Under the pieces are notes generated by a model, which was not told the DNA's origin, did not search any database, and saw only the letters and a program-made list of their open reading frames with translations. Shown piece after piece: positions 12,626 to 23,845 of a DNA stretch of 64,000 nt. The translations under genes and the position numbers were made by a program. The first letter of the stretch is position 1; every line of letters begins with the position of its first letter. Source of the DNA: Mustelus asterias (Eukaryota). Where the stretch lies: assembly GCF_964213995.1 (NCBI RefSeq), contig NW_027590119.1:2790001-2854000 (forward strand), written 5' to 3'.

Positions 12626-13432
12626 GGTGCAGGTATCCTTGTGTTGCTCCAGGTTTGACCATCAGTTGAAGTCTCACACGGAACGATATTATGGTGCCCT
12701 GCTGTGATGGTACAATATTGTTTACAGCTGTGTAACTGTGAAGCTCTTTCCACAGTCAATGCACGGGAAAATCTTAGTTGATTGTATGTGTGTCAGTCCT
12801 GTTCCAGTCACACTGATGTTTAAAGACTGCTACACCAGGCAGAACAGAGAAACATTTCTTCTTCTGGGTTCAAAGGCCGATAGCATTCAGGTCCTGATGA
12901 ATTGAGTGAGTTTGTCAGATGTTGACGTGATGTTTGATTCGAGATTTCTGTCTATAAAATCCTCACCTTCTGATATCCTGTAAAAGGAGTTAACAAAATT
13001 CATCATTTCAATACAGGATAGAAATTCAGAACAGACAATTCTAGTTTCTATGGAATATTCTTTCCTCTCTCATTCTTCAAAAGCTGTAAGTCTCCATCCC
13101 ACACACTCCCTCCATTCTCACTCTGCTGTATCTAATATTCACCCTCTCAATTCTCCTGTCGGTGCTGATTGAGGCTGATTGACAGATCCATGCTCACTGC
13201 TTCCTGTCCTGGACGCAGAGAGCTGAAAATCTTCAAGCTGACAGTCACATTAAAGTTTTACATTTGGACATAAAGCAGGCTGATGATGTGTGTAATACAC
13301 TGTATTACCTGGATACAGATACATGAAGAATGTGAGGAAGATCTGCATTTAGGCAGCGAGTGGTGACCTGGAAGTTAAAAATTACTCCAGAATGAGAAAA
13401 GAAATGGAAAGGGAGAGAAAAGAAAGTGTTTT

Positions 13433-13914
13433 ACTCACAGATGTTGGAGAGACAGGAGGAAGTTTGAGTCTGTCTGAAGCTCAATCTTCATTCAGAGAGA
13501 GCAGCAGCTTCGCCGGGCAAGAATGAGCAGCTGAACAAGCTCATTGTCCACTTCCGCATTCAGACAATGGGGGAGCTCTGATTGGCTGGAGGACCAGAGT
13601 CCTTCAGGTCCTCCAACTCCCCCATTGGTCAACACCTCAGCAGACAGGTCAGGGGGTGGGCACTCCACCGCACATGCGCAGCTTCCCCTCTCCCTTGGAC
13701 ATGCGCAGTCAGGGGCCGGGGGGAAGGGGAGATCACCGAGCGGCTCTCGCTCTGTCCGGAGCCGCCAGCCGGTTGCCTGGAAACCTTGGCTCGAGGAGGT
13801 GCAGGGGGAGGGGAACTATGGGTGGGGGCGGGGCTCCCGGGTCCGCGCGGCGGAGATCCCACCCCCTGACCTTGGGGGAGTGGAAACTTCCTCCTGTCGC
13901 CAACCTCTGTGAGT
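13433..13914. promoter_or_regulatory. Bidirectional promoter and putative non-coding first exons of G2/G3
   Basis: Outward-facing homologous donors ctGTGAGTaaaacactttc (13433-13438 minus, 13909-13914 plus); ETS CACTTCCG, CCAAT boxes, CATGCGCA motifs, high CpG. Confidence 0.7.
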
Positions 13915-14092
13915 AAAACACTTTCTTTTCTCCCCCTTTCCATTTCTTTTCTCATTCTGGGGGAAATTGGGGACTTGCAGCAACTGAAGGGAAAGGAAGT
14001 GAGTCCAGTCTGTCCATTCCACACATTGTTAGTCCAGTCAGATAGACATATATCTGTCTGGCAGCCTGCATGGAGATTTCCAGCTCTCTGTG

Positions 14093-14378
14093 TCCAGGGC
14101 AGGATAAGTTTAACAACACCAGGTTAAAGTCCAACAGGTTTATTTGGTAGCAAAAGCCACACAAGCTTTCGGAGCTCTTAGCCCCTTCTTCAGGTGAGTG
14201 GGAATTCTGTTCACAAACAGAGCTTATAAAGACACAGACTCAATTTACATGAATAATGGTAGGAATGCGAATACTTACAACTAATCAAGTCTTTAAGAAA
14301 CGAAACAATGTGAGTGGAGAGAGCATCAAGACAGGCTAAAAAGATGTGTATTGTCTATCATGACTATCCAGGACAGGA
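14093..14378 (-). mobile_element. PLE terminal fragment with 12-bp TSD in the exon-2 acceptor of G3
   Basis: TSD tccagg(g/a)cagga 14093-14104 / 14367-14378; body homologous to the PLE at 25765-26277. Confidence 0.8.
14160..14196 (-). ncRNA. Minimal hammerhead ribozyme motif in PLE repeat
   Basis: cac CUGAAGA a ggggcu-aag-agcucc GAAA gcuu gug: core boxes, stem II, stem I cac/gug, palindromic AGCU stem III. Confidence 0.65.
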
Positions 14379-14962
14379 AGCAGTGAGCATGGATCTGTCA
14401 ATCAGCCTCAATCAGCACCTTCAGGAGAACTGGGAGGATGAATATTAGATACAGCAGAGTGAGAATGGAGGGAGAGTGTGTGGGATGGAGATTTACAGCT
14501 TTTGGGGAATGAGAGAGGAAAGAATGTTCCATAGAAACTAGAATTGTCTGTTCTGAATTTCTATCCTGTGCTGACATTGATGAATTTTTCAAACTCATTT
14601 ACAGGATATGAGAAGGTGAGGATTAACAGACCAAAATCTTGAAACAAACATCACATCAGCATCTGACACCCTCACTCAATTCATCGGACCTGAATATTAT
14701 CAGACTTTGAATCTGGAAGGAGAAATGTTTCTCTGTTCTGTCTGCGAAAACAGGTCTTTAATATCAATGTGACTGGAAAAGCAGCAAGATACAGATACTC
14801 CCGAGGGACAGTGTTCCAGTGCACTGAGTGTGGAAAGAGCTTTAACCAGTTACACAGCCTGAAAATACATCGCAGCATTCACAACGGGGAGAGACTGTAC
14901 CCACGTTCTGTGTGAGATTTAACTGATTGTTTAACCTGGAGAGTCACAAGGACACCTGCACC

Positions 14963-16420
14963 ATGGAGAAACCGTGGAAATGTGGGGACTGTGGGAAGAG
15001 ATACAGAGCCCCCTGTGACCTGGAAATCCATCGACGCAGTCACACCGGAGAGAGGCCATTCACCTGCTCTGAGTGTGGGAAGGGATACATTCAGTTATCC
15101 CACCTGCTCAGACACAAAGTCACTCACAGCAATGAGAGACCCTTTAAATGCTCTGACTGTGGAAGCGGCTTCAAACGTGCTGCGGATCTGAGAGAGCACG
15201 AGCGCATTCACACTGAGGAGAGACCGTTCAGCTGCTCTCACTGCACAAAGACATTCAGAACATCATCCAACCTGCGGCAACACCAGCGAGTTCACACCGG
15301 GGAGAGACCGTTCACCTGCTGTGTGTGTGGGAAGGGATTCACTCAATTATCCAGCCTGCTGAAACACAAAGTCACCCACACCCAGGAGAGACCCTTTAAA
15401 TGCTCTGACTGTGGGAGAGGCTTCAAAAGCTCTGGTGAACTGATGTCCCACAAACGCTTTCACACTGCAGAGGGACTGTTCACCTGCTCTGTGTGTGGGA
15501 AGGGATTCAATCGGTCATCCCACCTGCAGACACACCAGCGAGTTCATACTGGGGAGAGGCCATTCACCTGCTCTGTGTGTGGGAAGGGATTCACTCAGTC
15601 ATCCCACTTACAGAATCACAAAGTCACTCACAGCAATGAGAGACCCTTTAAATGCTCTGACTGTGGGAGTGGCTTCAAAAGTGCTGCGGATCTGAATATC
15701 CACCAGCGCATTCACACCGAGGAGAGACCGTTCAGCTGCTCTCACTGCACAAAGAGGTTCAAAACCTCATCCAATCTGCGGGTACACCAGCGAGTTCACA
15801 CTGGGAAGAGGCCATTCACTTGCTCTGTGTGTGGGAAGGGATTCACTCAGTCATCTGGTCTGACAACACACAAAGTCACTCACAGCAATGAGAGACCTTT
15901 TAAATGCTCTGACTGTGGGCGTGGCTTCAAAAGTGCTGCGGATCTGATGATTCACCAGCGCATTCACACTGAGGAGAGACCGTTCAGCTGCTCTCACTGC
16001 ACAAAGAGATTTAAAAGTTCATCCAATCTGCGGAAACACCAGCGAGTTCACACTGGGGAGAGACCATTCCCCTGCTGTGTGTGTGGGAAAGGATTCACTC
16101 AGGTGTCCAGCCTGCTGAAGCACAAAAGCTCTCACACCCAGGAGAGACCCTTTCAATGCACTGACTGTGGGACTGGTTTTGAAAGCTCTCATGAACTGTT
16201 GATTCACCAGCGAGTTCACACTGAGGAGAGACCGTTCAGCTGTTCTCACTGCACAAAGAGATTTAAAAGGTCATCCACACTGTGGATACACCAGCGAGTT
16301 CACACTGGGGAGAAACCATTCCCCTGCTCTGTGTGTGGAAAGGGATTCACTCAGTCATCCAGCTTGCTGAGACACAATGTTACTCACACCAAGGAGAGAC
16401 CCTTTAAATGCTCTGACTGA
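14963..16420 (+). CDS. G3: C2H2 zinc-finger protein, 17 complete fingers; stop within finger 18, decayed fingers to ~16760
   Basis: ORF track 14927-16420; accATGg at 14963; three-finger periodicity. Confidence 0.9.
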   Translation: MEKPWKCGDCGKRYRAPCDLEIHRRSHTGERPFTCSECGKGYIQLSHLLRHKVTHSNERPFKCSDCGSGFKRAADLREHERIHTEERPFSCSHCTKTFRTSSNLRQHQRVHTGERPFTCCVCGKGFTQLSSLLKHKVTHTQERPFKCSDCGRGFKSSGELMSHKRFHTAEGLFTCSVCGKGFNRSSHLQTHQRVHTGERPFTCSVCGKGFTQSSHLQNHKVTHSNERPFKCSDCGSGFKSAADLNIHQRIHTEERPFSCSHCTKRFKTSSNLRVHQRVHTGKRPFTCSVCGKGFTQSSGLTTHKVTHSNERPFKCSDCGRGFKSAADLMIHQRIHTEERPFSCSHCTKRFKSSSNLRKHQRVHTGERPFPCCVCGKGFTQVSSLLKHKSSHTQERPFQCTDCGTGFESSHELLIHQRVHTEERPFSCSHCTKRFKRSSTLWIHQRVHTGEKPFPCSVCGKGFTQSSSLLRHNVTHTKERPFKCSD

Positions 16421-16759
16421 GAGGCCGGACTCAAAACCTCTCAGGAACTGATGATCAACCAGTGCATTTACACAGGGGAGAGACAGTTCAGCTGCTCTGT
16501 GTGTGGGCGTGGCTTCAAAAGCTCTGGCTAATTGGTGTCCCACCAGCACACTCTCACTGCACAAAGAGATTTAAATGGTCATCCAACCTGCAGGAACACC
16601 AGTGAGTTCACACCGGGGAGAGACCATTTACCTGCTCGGTGAGTGTGAAAGGATTTACTCGGTTATCCAGACTGCACAGACAGAACATCACTCACACTCT
16701 GCAGAGATCCTTTAAATTCTCCGAATGTGGGAGCGGCTTCAAAAGCTCTCAGGAACTGA

Positions 16760-17420
16760 TGAGACGGAGACAGGAATGAGATAGAGAATCTGGTGAACTG
16801 GTGCGGCGGCAATAATCTCTCCCTCAATACCAACTAAATGAAGGAGACTGACATCGGTTTCAGGAAGCGTAAAGGAGAACATGCCACTGTCTACTTCAAT
16901 GGGGACGATACAGAAATGGTCGAGAGCTTCATGTTTTTAGGTGTCCCAATCACCAACAACCTGTCCTGGTTCCCCCCCCATGCCGACACTATAGTTAAGC
17001 CCACCAATGCCTCTACTTTCTCAGAAGACTAAGGAAATTTAGCACATCAGCTATGACTCTCACCAACTTCTACAGATTCACCATAGAAAGCATTCTCTCC
17101 GGTTATATCACAGCTTGGTATGGCTCCTGCTCTGTCCAAGACCGCAATAAACTACAAAGGTCGTGAACAAAACCCAATCCATCACGCAAACCAGCCTCCC
17201 ATCCATTGACTATGTCTACACTTCCCGCTGCCTCCACAAAGCAGCCAGCATAATTAAGGACACCACCCACCCCAGACATTCTCTCTTCCACTTTCTGTCA
17301 GGAAAAAGACACAAAAATCAGGACATGTACCAACTGACTCAAGAGCAGCTTCCTCCCTGCTGCCATCAGACTTTTGAATGGACCTATCTCACACTCAGTT
17401 GATCTTTTTCTGCACCAGCT
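16760..17420 (+). mobile_element. Rex1/Babar-like LINE 3' fragment
   Basis: KETDIGFRK, VESFMFLGV.ITNNLSW, TIESILSG.ITAWYG motifs, frameshifted. Confidence 0.7.
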
Positions 17421-17970
17421 CCTTTCCTTCTCGATGAATAGATTATCCATTTTACTGTAATTTCACTCACTTTGTGAGCATGTGCAGTGTGTTTAATTGG
17501 ATCCTGATTGTTTTGAACTCAGTTTCTCTCTGGAGTGTGTGTCAATGCCTTGATGATGTCACAATGTTGTCTCAATCCCCTGGCCACATTAACCATGTCA
17601 TCTCCTGCTGTGTCTCAAGTAGCTGTGTGTGTTTGGGACCCGCTCTTCACTCCATCTCACCATGAATTTAGGCTTGTTATTTTTCACATGTAACAAATCA
17701 CATCTGTACACTCACTCCGGTGTCCCAAAATCATGTCACACATTCTTAACTCTCAGATGCGCGGATGAAAAGATCAAAGTGAGTGTCTGTCTTTCTTATC
17801 TCCCCCTGTTATGGTGCTGATATTTCATGTAGTGGCCGGGCTTTCAAATGTGGATTTTTTAATGTGGACAAAGATGTAAATATCTCCCAGAGAAACTGAT
17901 CAACTTATTCATCCCATCGTTAGTTAGAGGGATAGATAGGAGGTTCTGTGGCAGCAAAAGAGACTCACGG

Positions 17971-18405
17971 ATGGTATGTTGCCTACCGGATGCCAAGGTC
18001 CGTGATGTCTCAGACCGTGTTTTCCAGATTCTGAAGGGGGAGGGGAAACAGTCACAAGTCGTGGTGCACATTGGTACCAATGACATAGGTAAGAGAAGGG
18101 ACGGGGATTTAAAGCAGGAATTTCTGGAGCTGGGCTGGAAGCTGAGAGCCAAGACGAAACATGTGGTCATCTCTGGTACGTTGCCGGTACCACGTGATAG
18201 CGAGTTGAGGAACAGGGAGAGAGTGCAGTTAAATATGTGGTTGCAGGGATGGTGTAGGAGGGAGGGTTTCAGATACGTGGATAATTGGAACATGTTCTGG
18301 GGAAGGTGGGACCTATACAAACAGGACGGGGTGCACCTGAACCAGAGGGGCACCAATATCCTCGGAGGGAAATTTGTTACGGCTCTTCAGGGGGGTTTAA
18401 ACTAA
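17971..18405 (+). CDS. CR1 ORF1 C-terminal SGNH/esterase-like domain (partial)
   Basis: VVVHIGTND and DGVHLN blocks typical of CR1 ORF1 esterase. Confidence 0.8.
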   Translation: MVCCLPDAKVRDVSDRVFQILKGEGKQSQVVVHIGTNDIGKRRDGDLKQEFLELGWKLRAKTKHVVISGTLPVPRDSELRNRERVQLNMWLQGWCRREGFRYVDNWNMFWGRWDLYKQDGVHLNQRGTNILGGKFVTALQGGLN

Positions 18406-21299
18406 TTTGTCAGGGGAGTGGGAAAGGGAGTTGTAGTCCAGAAGTCAGTGAGGGTGGTGAGGTATTGGGGAAGGTATCAGGGTCAAGGGTGGGTACTGGT
18501 AGACAGGAAGGTGGGTTGAAGTGTGTCTACTTCAATGCAAGGAGCATCCGGAACAAGGTAGATGAACTTGGGGCGTGGATTGGTACTTGGGACTACGATG
18601 TTGTGGCCATTACGGAGACGTGGGTAGAACAAGGACAGGAATGGTTGTTGGACGTTCCGGGGTATAGATGTTTCACTAAGTGTAGGGAAGCTGGTAAAAG
18701 AGGTGGAGGAGTGGCATTGTTAATCAAGGATAGTTTAACGGCTGCGGAAAGGCACTTCGTGGGGGATCTGCACACTGAGGTAATATGGGCTGAAGTTAGA
18801 AATAGGAAAGGAGCGGTCACGTTGCTAGGAGTTTACTATAGGCCCCCAAATAGTAATAGAAATGTGGAGGAAGAAATTGCTAAGCAGATTATGGATATGT
18901 GTGGGGGTCACAGGGTAGTTGTCATGGGGGACTTTAACTTTCCAAATATTGATTGGAACCTTTGTAGGTCAAATAGTTTGGATGGGGCAGTTTTTGTGCA
19001 GTGTGTGCGGGAGGGTTTCCTGACACAATATGTGGATGGGCCGACTAGAGGTGAGGCCACATTGGATTTGGTACTGGGAAATGAACCGGGCCAAGTGTTA
19101 GATTTGGTTGTGGGAGAGCAATTTGGAGATAGTGACCACAATTCGGTGTCTTTTGTTATGGCAATGGAGAGGGATAGGGCCGTACGGCAGGGCAAGGTTT
19201 ACAATTGGGGGAGGGGTAATTATGATGCGATTAGGCAAGAATTAGGGGGCATAAGTTGGGAACAGAAACTGTCAGAGAAAGGAACTAATGAAAAGTGGAA
19301 TTTTTTCAAGGAACAAATACTGGATGTCCTTGATAGGTATGTTCCTGTCAGGCAGGGAGGAAATGGCCGAGTGAGGGAACCATGGTTCACAAAAGAGGTG
19401 GAATCTCTTGTGAAAAGGAAGAGGGAAGCTTATGTAGGGATGAGGAAACAAGGCTCAGATGGCTCGATTGAGGGTTACAAGTTGGCAAGGAATGAGCTGA
19501 AAAAGGGGCTTAGGAGAGCTAGGAGGGGACATGAGAAGTCCTTGGCGGGTCGGATCAAGGAAAACCCCAAGGCTTTTTACTCTTATGTGAGGAATAAAAG
19601 AATGACCAGGGTGAGGTTAGGGCCGGTCAAGGACAGTAGTGGGAACTTGTGTATGGAGTCAGTAGAGATAGGCGAGGTGATGAATGAATACTTTTCTTCA
19701 GTGTTCACCAAGGAGAGGGGCCATGTTTTTGAGGAAGAGAAGGTGTTACAGGCTAATAGGCTGGAGGAAATAGATGTTCGGAGGGAGGATGTCTTGGCAG
19801 TTTTGAATAAACTGAAGGTCGATAAGTCCCCTGGGCCTGATGAAATGTATCCTAGGATTCTTTGGGAGGCAAGGGATGAGATTGCAGAGCCTTTGGCGTT
19901 GATCTTTGGGTCCTCGCTGTCCATGGGGATGGTGCCAGAGGACTGGAGAATGGCGAATGTTGTTCCTCTGTTTAAGAAAGGGAATAGAAATGACCCTGGT
20001 AATTATAGACCGGTTAGTCTTACTTCGGTGGTTGGTAAATTGATGGAAAGGGTCCTTAGGGATGGGATTTACGACCATTTAGAAAGATGCGGATTAATCC
20101 GAGATAGTCAGCACGGATTCGTGAAGGGCAAGTCGTGCCTCACAAATTTGATAGAATTTTTTGAGGAGGTAACTAAGTGTGTTGATGAAGGTAGGGCAGT
20201 TGATGTCATATACATGGATTTTAGTAAGGCGTTTGATAAGGTCCCCCATGGTCGGCTTATGATGAAAGTGAGGAGGTGTGGGATAGAGGGAAAGTTGGCC
20301 GATTGGATAGGCAACTGGCTGTCTGACCGAAGACAGAGGGTGGTGGTCGATGGAAAATTTTCGGATTGGAGGCAGGTTGCTAGCGGTGTGCCGCAGGGAT
20401 CAGTGCTTGGTCCTCTGCTCTTTGTGATTTTTATTAATGACTTAGAGGAGGGGGCTGAAGGGTGGATCAGTAAATTTGCTGATGACACCAAGATTGGTGG
20501 AGTAGTGGATGAGGTGGAGGGCTGTTGTAGGCTGCAAAGAGACATAGATAGGATGCAAAGCTGGGCTGAAAAATGGCAAATGGAGTTTAACCCTGATAAA
20601 TGTGAGGTGATTCATTTTGGTAGGACAAATTTAAATGTGGATTACAGGGTCAAAGGTAGGGTTCTGAAGACTGTGGAGGAACAGAGAGATCTTGGGGTCC
20701 ATATCCACAGATCTCGAAAGGTTGCCACTCAAGTGGATAGAGCTGTGAAGAAGGCCTGTAGTGTGTTAGCTTTTATTAACAGGGGGTTGGAGTTTAAGAG
20801 CCGTGGGGTTATGCTGCAACTGTACAGGACCTTGGTGAGACCACATTTGGAATATTGTGTGCAGTTCTGGTCACCTCACTATAGGAAGGATGTGGAAGCG
20901 CTGGAAGGAGTGCAGAGGAGATTTACCAGGATGCTGCCTGGTTTGGAGGGTAGGTCATATGAGGAAAGGTTGAGGGAGCTAGAGCTATTCTCTCTGGAGC
21001 GGAGGAGGCTGAGGGGAGACTTAATAGAGGTGTATAAAATGATGAAGGGGATAGATAGAGTGAACGTTCAAAGACTATTTCCTCGGGTGGATGGAGCTAT
21101 TACAAGGGGGCATAACTATAGGGTTCGTGGTGGGAGATACAGGACGGATATCAGAGGTAGGTTCTTTACGCAGAGAGTGGTTGGGGTGTGGAATGGACTG
21201 CCTGCAGTGATAGTGGAGTCAGACACTTTAGAAACATTTAAGCGGTTATTGGATAGGCACATGGAGCACACCAGGATGATAGGGAGTGGGATAGCTTGA
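18285..21299 (+). CDS. CR1 ORF2: APE endonuclease plus reverse transcriptase (true start uncertain)
   Basis: NARS, ITETW, GDFN, SDHN; NYRPVSLTS, QHGF, DFSKAFD, PQGSVLGP, FADD; no stops in 1004 codons. Confidence 0.95.
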   Translation: MEHVLGKVGPIQTGRGAPEPEGHQYPRREICYGSSGGFKLICQGSGKGSCSPEVSEGGEVLGKVSGSRVGTGRQEGGLKCVYFNARSIRNKVDELGAWIGTWDYDVVAITETWVEQGQEWLLDVPGYRCFTKCREAGKRGGGVALLIKDSLTAAERHFVGDLHTEVIWAEVRNRKGAVTLLGVYYRPPNSNRNVEEEIAKQIMDMCGGHRVVVMGDFNFPNIDWNLCRSNSLDGAVFVQCVREGFLTQYVDGPTRGEATLDLVLGNEPGQVLDLVVGEQFGDSDHNSVSFVMAMERDRAVRQGKVYNWGRGNYDAIRQELGGISWEQKLSEKGTNEKWNFFKEQILDVLDRYVPVRQGGNGRVREPWFTKEVESLVKRKREAYVGMRKQGSDGSIEGYKLARNELKKGLRRARRGHEKSLAGRIKENPKAFYSYVRNKRMTRVRLGPVKDSSGNLCMESVEIGEVMNEYFSSVFTKERGHVFEEEKVLQANRLEEIDVRREDVLAVLNKLKVDKSPGPDEMYPRILWEARDEIAEPLALIFGSSLSMGMVPEDWRMANVVPLFKKGNRNDPGNYRPVSLTSVVGKLMERVLRDGIYDHLERCGLIRDSQHGFVKGKSCLTNLIEFFEEVTKCVDEGRAVDVIYMDFSKAFDKVPHGRLMMKVRRCGIEGKLADWIGNWLSDRRQRVVVDGKFSDWRQVASGVPQGSVLGPLLFVIFINDLEEGAEGWISKFADDTKIGGVVDEVEGCCRLQRDIDRMQSWAEKWQMEFNPDKCEVIHFGRTNLNVDYRVKGRVLKTVEEQRDLGVHIHRSRKVATQVDRAVKKACSVLAFINRGLEFKSRGVMLQLYRTLVRPHLEYCVQFWSPHYRKDVEALEGVQRRFTRMLPGLEGRSYEERLRELELFSLERRRLRGDLIEVYKMMKGIDRVNVQRLFPRVDGAITRGHNYRVRGGRYRTDIRGRFFTQRVVGVWNGLPAVIVESDTLETFKRLLDRHMEHTRMIGSGIA

Positions 21300-21389
21300 T
21301 CTTGGTTTCAGATAAAGCTCGGCACAACATCGTGGGCCGAAGGGCCTGTTCTGTGCTGTACTGTTCTATGTTCTATGTCTATGTTCTAG

Positions 21390-23845
21390 CTGCACAATCC
21401 AGACTTTCACTGGACTGTAGGTGGATACCAGATTGATATATTCCATTCAACCACTCTCAAGGTGAATTATTCCAATTTCTTTATTGTCCAGGACAATATA
21501 TTCACAATATCTTTAAAACAGAAATTAAACATTCCCATTTGATTTCAGGTATTAACATATTGTGTTAGTTTGTTCTTTATTGTCGATGTCAGGCTGGGGT
21601 TGTTCCCCTTGGAGAAAAGGAGGTTGAGGGGAGATTCGATTGAGGTGGACAAGATTCTGACAGGTTTAGATAAGGTGGGCAAAGAAAAGCTGTTCCCATT
21701 AGCTGATGGGACAAGGACAAGGGGTCATTGATGTAAGGGATGCAGTGGGGGGAGATGGGAGGAAGAATATTTTAATGCAGCGAATGGTAATGACCTGGAA
21801 CTCGCTGCCTATGAGGGTGGAGGAAGTGGAGACAACAAAAAATTACAAAGGAAATTGGATTCATTCCCTCCAGTCAAGGTTAACAAGTCCTTTCATCTTT
21901 CTTTATTCTGTCAGCATGGGAAGGGAACATCTGATAATTCCCACAGCATTTTAACCATTCTTAATGTGTTTATAATTCTAAGTTATAAACTTGTGTTCAA
22001 ATTTATATTTCCAGCCTTTATAACATATGTATTAAGTAATCATTTATTATTTAATTGTCTCACAATTAAGGCTGTCTATTGAACTAATCTGGCTGCTTTC
22101 CAATTGTGGGAACTTCAGGGCACAAAAAAGGTAGTTAGAGTCATAGAGGTTTACAGCATGGAAACAGGCCTTTCGGCCCAACTTGTCCATGCCGCCCAGT
22201 TTTTACCACTAAACTAGTCCTAATTGCCCTGTAATATTACTCATGATCTGTGCTTCCAAGCATTTTGAATGTGCATCTACAATAAGCAAACACATGTGAT
22301 TCATGAAAGGCCCCCCAAGGGCCACATGTAGTCTGGACCACGGCCTATCAGGCCACTCCCGAGGATGAAGTGGTAATGTACCCAGTGTGTTGGGGGGAAT
22401 GAACTCAGAAGAATCATTCAACACTTAAACCTGATTCAATCGACAAACAGTTTATTGAGTTACGCCAGCGGGGAGAAGCCACAGGGGCTGATCACGTGTA
22501 ACTCCACCCAACAAAGAAAATCATCAATTCTTATCCAGTTACTCAGCCCATCCCAGCTGGACACAATCCAATCAGAATGGTTATAGATTACACACATTAC
22601 AGAAAGGTCCAATGAAATTAGTATTTGGACATCATGGGGCTTTGTGAGCCTCTCATGAACAGATAGGTGCCCCCATCATGATGTTTTCCAGACCCCCTTA
22701 TCTACCATCCTTGGGGTTTTCTTTGTACAGAGACTCCCTTCGTTTGAAATGGGGTGGATTAAAAGTTCTCAAATGGATGTCAGCACCCTTCCTTTGTTTT
22801 AATCTAATGACCACATGGTCTGGGAATCATTTCTATTTAATAATCTCTCCTTTTAAACTCTTTTCTTCAGTATCCAATTCCAGAATTTTCCTTTTCATTG
22901 TGTTAATTGTGTCAGGAATAAATCTTTGGACCTGACAGGAAGTTGAACCCAAGATCAATCCAACACAGGATTGGTCAGAATCGTTTCATATGTACCAAAT
23001 TTTAAATAACCATTACAAATTAAAACTTTCATTCTCATGAGTGAGTTTTATCTGGATTAAAATTCCCACATGTTTAGTGAAATATCCTGGAATCCTGTCT
23101 CTGGTCAGTAAATATGGCTCCAAGTTCATAACGTTTGAAAAATAAAAGTTTTATTAATCACACTTCCTTTTTAAAAATCTGTTTGATTTAAATCACAGAC
23201 AAAAAACCTCAAAGCTTAAAGCTTTCAACCCACAAATATCGTCCGTACACAAACAGAGCAACTTAGCATGTGCTTTACAACAACAATAACCAAAATTAAT
23301 TACTTAAGCATTCTTCTGATGCTGTTTTTAAACTCCCAAAAATGCCTTCAATTAAAGACTCAAGGTAAGGTTAATTCTCCAGAAAGATAAACCTAAACAA
23401 ATGTAGCCCAAAACAATGATAAAACACATCTACAAACATCCACATAAAACAAACAAAACACACAGGTTCTCACAACTCGTAAATTTCAATCAATGAATCC
23501 TCAGCATTCTCTCTCGCAGCTGTAGCTTCTTAAAGCGACAGAGCACTACAAGCTCACAACTCCTTGATTAAAATAAGATGCAAGATCCTTCATTGTAACG
23601 GAACCTTTTTGAAGCCAACTTCCAAGGCCTGATTTTATCGGCAACATCTAATCTTTGTTGATTTAAAATCCCAAACACGTTACCAGCTGCAATCTCTTTG
23701 TTCTTTACCTGGGGTTGAGGTGATAACAATATAAAATTCTCATAGTTATTCCAAATTCCTCCAGGCTACGCTTAAAATTTCCACATTAAACTGGCTCCAA
23801 TAAATCCACAATTATACTAAAATAGACACGAGTTTCTGGGCGATT
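21390..23845 (-). repeat. Inverted, rearranged copy of spacer blocks from ~3790-4340, 7020-8580 and 9670-9900
   Basis: Reverse-complement identity, e.g. 22960-23100 vs 7740-7900; integrase HPREWPDRPWSRL at 22209-22424. Confidence 0.85.

Larger units (their letters stand above)
17915..21388 (+). mobile_element. Young CR1-clade LINE, 5'-truncated within ORF1
   Basis: Partial ORF1, uninterrupted ORF2, (ttctatg)n tail at 21362-21388. Confidence 0.95.

Noticed and set aside
13544-14024. Multiple ORFs in promoter regions (also 40465-40900, 56408-56778)
   Set aside because: Stop-poor GC-rich sequence; frames not conserved between paralogous promoters
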